NCBI GenBank assembly: GCA_012026655.1
Contig: JAAILG010000462.1
Span: forward strand, 1 to 64,000
DNA: 64,000 bases
Reading direction: 5' to 3'
Source of the DNA: Hydrolagus affinis
Lineage: Eukaryota
Position numbers and translations under genes: made by a program. The notes beneath the pieces were generated by a model, which saw only the letters and a program-made list of their open reading frames with translations, did no database searches and was not told the origin of the DNA. Of the stretch, positions 59,684 to 64,000 are shown one piece after another. The stretch's first letter is position 1, and the number at the start of each line of letters is the position of its first letter.

Positions 59684-62554
59684 TGTAAGACAGCTGAGGG
59701 TAGAGATTGCACCTTGGTCTGGGTTTAGCTATATTTTTTTAGCAGGTCCTAGTGTGCAGAATTTGTAAAATTCTTAAATACAATCTTAAATTTTGAGGTA
59801 GTTCTATAATTGGTGGCTATTATTTGCTGACTTCACAAACTTCTAGTCTGAGTACAGAGCAAACCCTCTCCTCTCTCATTTTGAATATTGTTTACATTTT
59901 GATATTGCATTTGGGAAATGAAAGATAAATAGCTTTTTTAAAAAAAAAACTGACTGCATTCTCCAAGCTGAGTTTTCATGCATATAATTGTCCTTAGTCA
60001 TGTGTGTTGGACCAAATTGAACCTTACGAGCTCCCCAAAGTCATATCTATCACTGGTTCCCGAGTCCTTGATGGAAGCGACTGTATTAAGTGATCTCGCT
60101 TGCTTCCTAAGTGATCAGCATATAGCCATTAAGGCATTATTTAATGGCTTGTTAGGTCTTTCCAACTCAAACGTCATGTATATTTTTCAGCCTCAATTCC
60201 TCGAAGTGGAAATTTAAATGCAACACAGATTAGCCAGTCAACAAAGCATCCATTTCACATGGTCTCAGCCTTAAGTTTTAAAATTAAGACATTTGCAAAT
60301 TTGGGGAAATTCCCTAGAAATTAGTTTTAATGTGGGTGCCAGAATTCTGCAATTCTTAACTGGATATGTAGGAAAATGGTTTCCAAAATAGGATGCGGGT
60401 TCAAGAATCCTTCCAATGTTAAATTTTCAGATATACAACAATCTTGAGCCTAAGAATGTGAAAATTTGAGATCGCATTGCTTCCTCCTTGCCTTCCTCTG
60501 CCCCTCCCACCCTCAGCTCCACTGCAGACTCTCCTTCCCTGATAAAGACCGTGAATTATATGCTGTCATAAAAATTCCATTTGGTTTAGACTCCTCCATT
60601 AGCATTCATTAGCTATGCTTGCCATTTTTTTTCAGTGCATTTAACAATAACCTATGCAAATGTGGTTCATCAATATTCACTTATTATTAGTGCTTTCCAC
60701 TACATTCAATTCAGATCAGCAGGAGTCTGCATTAGTGTGAGTGAAAGTGCACAGTTTTTATACCAAGTGGCTGGAGAGATTTCAGGGATAATTGGCGTGT
60801 AATCCTTGCGAATTTTGTACTTATTAAGGTGAGCGATTTTGGTGCTGGGAAATAGAAGAGTATTTTAGGTGTACTGTATGTGATCTGGGAGTGCTAAATG
60901 TCAATTAATCTAGCATTGGCATTTAGGACTCCCTCGACTCTGTATCATCCTGTGTTCCCAGATCAGATACCTAGCGGAGTAGATAGAGAATAAGGCTTTC
61001 TTCTAGTCTTTCCCAAATAGTACCAATCCCCATCCTTGGAACAACAGCTTAATATACCAATGTGACAATTTCCACTTCCTTCTACGCCAACTTCTCTCAC
61101 CACCAACTGCTCTCAATGTAACTGACTGACTCTTAATGTAACTACGTTTCTGAGATAAATAAGGTATATTTTGACTCTGGTGAAGTGAGATTCCAATCTA
61201 TCCTGACTGCTCTGCTTTGCCCAGGCCATCTCCACCAACAGGTGGGCCTGCTGTGGCATTGTGAAGCGGCCAAAGTTCATTGTTTTCCTATGACTTTACA
61301 AAGTGTCCGCAAGCCACAAAAATAAACAGCAAGTTACACTCTTTGCCATTTATAATTTGAATTTAAGTGCATCATTTTGTAGTCTATCCGCACAGCACAG
61401 CGTTAAGCATCAGATAAATAGCCTTATTTGACTTTAGCAGATACTAATCTGTTAATAGTTAATCTCCGCGGACAATTTCAACATCCCATAATTCACTAAG
61501 ATAGATGTTGGCCAGAGCACATACAGTGCTGCTGAAGTCTAACAGCATTTTTCTGAATAAATTACTTTTGCTGGCACATATTGCTTCCTGTCGTCCTCTT
61601 AAGTGTTTCCCATTGAAGTACAAAACAAATTGTGAAGAATCAGCCGCGCACACTAATAAGCTTTAGCCTCGGGGTGCTTGGGAGATGTTTGGGGATTCTT
61701 GGCTTGCAAACCAAAATGATTCATTTTCTCTCATTCATTCAATTCAATTTACAAATGTCTCCTTGGGAGCACTCTGTCCCTGTAAATTGGTGTGACTCTG
61801 ATCAGACCCCTTAATGCAAGCACCGAGTCTAATGATCATTTAAACTACCGGTAGCTGCAGTTACGCGACCACTATCAGGTGCTTTCCTCTGATCTTAATG
61901 CAGTCCCTTTAAACCCAAGCAATGTCATATCAGTAACTGTGTTGATATTAAATGCATGTAAATCAATGCCAGGGATATGCTTTATAGTGTATTAATGCAT
62001 TTGCAATTCTCTCAGAATTCCTATAAATATTAAGCATGAATTTGGAGAGCAAATTGAAGTGTAATGAAGTTGCATTTTAAAGTGCTTGTTGCTCCTGAAA
62101 TGATACTCCTTAGAAACACATAAAAGTGTAATTACGATGTTCTATCTTCACTGATAATTCATGTACATCCAAGGATTATTGATAGTTCATGGGAGAGCCC
62201 CTGTTTGAGGGAGGGAAGAGATTCTGAGCAGTAGAAAAAATATTTCAAATGTTAGGGACATTGTAGCCAAAGGCTCAGCCACCAATGGTGGGCTGGAGAT
62301 GGCAGGGACACACAGTTGGCCTCAGTTAGCTGTGCAGAGGAGGTGAACGGTAGAGGGAAGTAGATCACAGAGAAGAGTCTAGACTTTGATGCCGATCTAT
62401 TTAGAGACGGAGACAGTGGAGTCTCGCGATGACTGCATGAGGTGTGGGTGAAGACTTGTCTCAAGACTTCTCCTCCCGGGAAACTCACTCTTTCAAAAAC
62501 CTCAAGAATGCATTCTTCACTTTCTTCAATCTTCCCTTCCTCCTACACTCAACG

Positions 62555-62790
62555 ACAACAACAAAATTACATTTGCATGGAGACTGGCGCGCCGGGAGGA
62601 TGTCCCAAGGTGTTCAGCCCTGAGCTGGGGGTTGGGATTGGGGCAGGTGGAGGGCAGAGGGGAGACTGCAGGTGATTCGAAAGCACAGTTGAAGAAGTTG
62701 GACTTAAGATGGGTCTTGAAGAAGGAAAGGGAGGGGGCGAAGTGGAGGGACTGCTAGATGGAGTTCGAGAGTGTGGGGGCAGAGGCCACT
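62555..62790 (-). mobile_element. L2 3' end fragment
   Basis: caacaaaattacattt..gggaggatgtcccaaggtg tail followed by purine-rich L2-like sequence. Confidence 0.55.
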
Positions 62791-64000
62791 TTGACATTCA
62801 ACAGAGTTTGAATCCTTACCATGTGCATACCCCCACCACCCCCCTCCCCCCCCACCACCCTGCTTTTGCCTAAACATTACCTCTGAACATGGAAACGTAA
62901 AAGCTTATAATGGAAGCTGTGCAATGAAACTTCACTTCAGAGGAAAAAGGTTGCTTAGAACAACACAGAGGAAGCTTGGGGAGCACAAGGGAGGAAAGGT
63001 TAAAGAATCAACATGGTCCCAATAAAATTGGGAAAGATTGCAAAGAAAAAGATGTATTTTACTATTTACAGAAATAATGAGTTCCTAGACCCCTATATTC
63101 AAGTATGAACTTAAGTATGAACTTGGCTTTGTAATGTGTTAAGGTTCAGCACTATCACAATTTCCAGGCTTCAAACCTTTTATGTTTAGCCTGAGCACTG
63201 AACCCTTGAGAATTTAGAAAACACTCCAACTGAAATACGCTGCCATCTTTTATATCACTCAACTGTCTCTTTCCTTTAGATGCATCATAAAATATCTTTC
63301 TGCAGCCAAGGGGTGTGAGGCGGAGGGCTGAGTGTGGTGGGGTGGGAGGTGGAGAACGACGCTTCACCTGTGTCTAGACTTACATTATTTTCTTAGCATT
63401 TCAGATGGGAAAGGTTGGCAAATTCTTCAGTCCAGAATTTCACATTTGAAGCCGGTTCTCAATAGGTTCCTTTACGAGTCTGTGGAAAAAACAACTTCAA
63501 AATCAACATAGAATTTGAGAATTTGACGAATTCTGCAACCCTTTACGTTTTGAGTCTAAGGCTGGACCCAAGTGGAATTTCTTCCCCCTGCACTTAATGG
63601 CTTAAGGCCAATAGTTCATGTTTTTTTTAATTATTTCAGGGTTTTTTTAACAAAAGATTAATAAAACATTCGCTTACTGTTATTTTAATAATGGCAGGAA
63701 TCAAGCGCATATCCTCAGCTATGATACAGCCAGTTTTCTGATTTTTTCAGTTTGGGCACTTGAAATGGAAGGTTCCCAGGATAAAATATAAAGGTGATGG
63801 CTTTTCAATTATCAGCTTTATCCTTCTCTGTCCCGTGGCTGTCAATCATTGCCTCATTACTCTGCACATTAGGACATCACAACTGACCTCAATATTTACT
63901 GCTGTAACCCATATATTCTAGATGTCTCTCCATTTGTGTTGTATGTTGGCAGCAAACCAGTGAGGTATAAATCAGGATTAAGTCAATACAGATTTCACTG

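Noticed and set aside
62252-62488. 78-aa minus-strand ORF
   Set aside because: Appears to overlap degraded L2 3' sequence; no splice or homology support

Overview
Vertebrate genomic DNA, most likely from a cartilaginous fish. That assignment is inferred from the abundant tRNA-derived DeuSINE/SacSINE1-like SINEs and the CR1/L2 LINE fragments. The left 28 kb holds three spliced protein-coding genes whose exons I traced through GT-AG junctions with consistent phase: the 3' nine coding exons of UBL7 (+, 659-6233), a complete six-exon CHRNA3-like gene (-, 7646-15520, 508 aa) and a complete six-exon CHRNB4-like gene (-, 22052-28210, 482 aa). CHRNA5, normally tail-to-tail with CHRNA3, is not seen; UBL7 occupies its position. 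The beta4 promoter has a near-consensus REST/RE1 site and a tract resembling the rat beta4 CT box. Both receptor subunits carry substitutions at normally conserved residues, including loss of the alpha3 M1-M2 cysteine. The right 35 kb has no recognisable gene: it contains SINE/LINE debris, several odd local rearrangements, a few orphan exon-like segments and candidate enhancers. There are three N gaps. I found no convincing wholly new biological system; the strongest leads are the synteny, the promoter elements and the subunit divergence.
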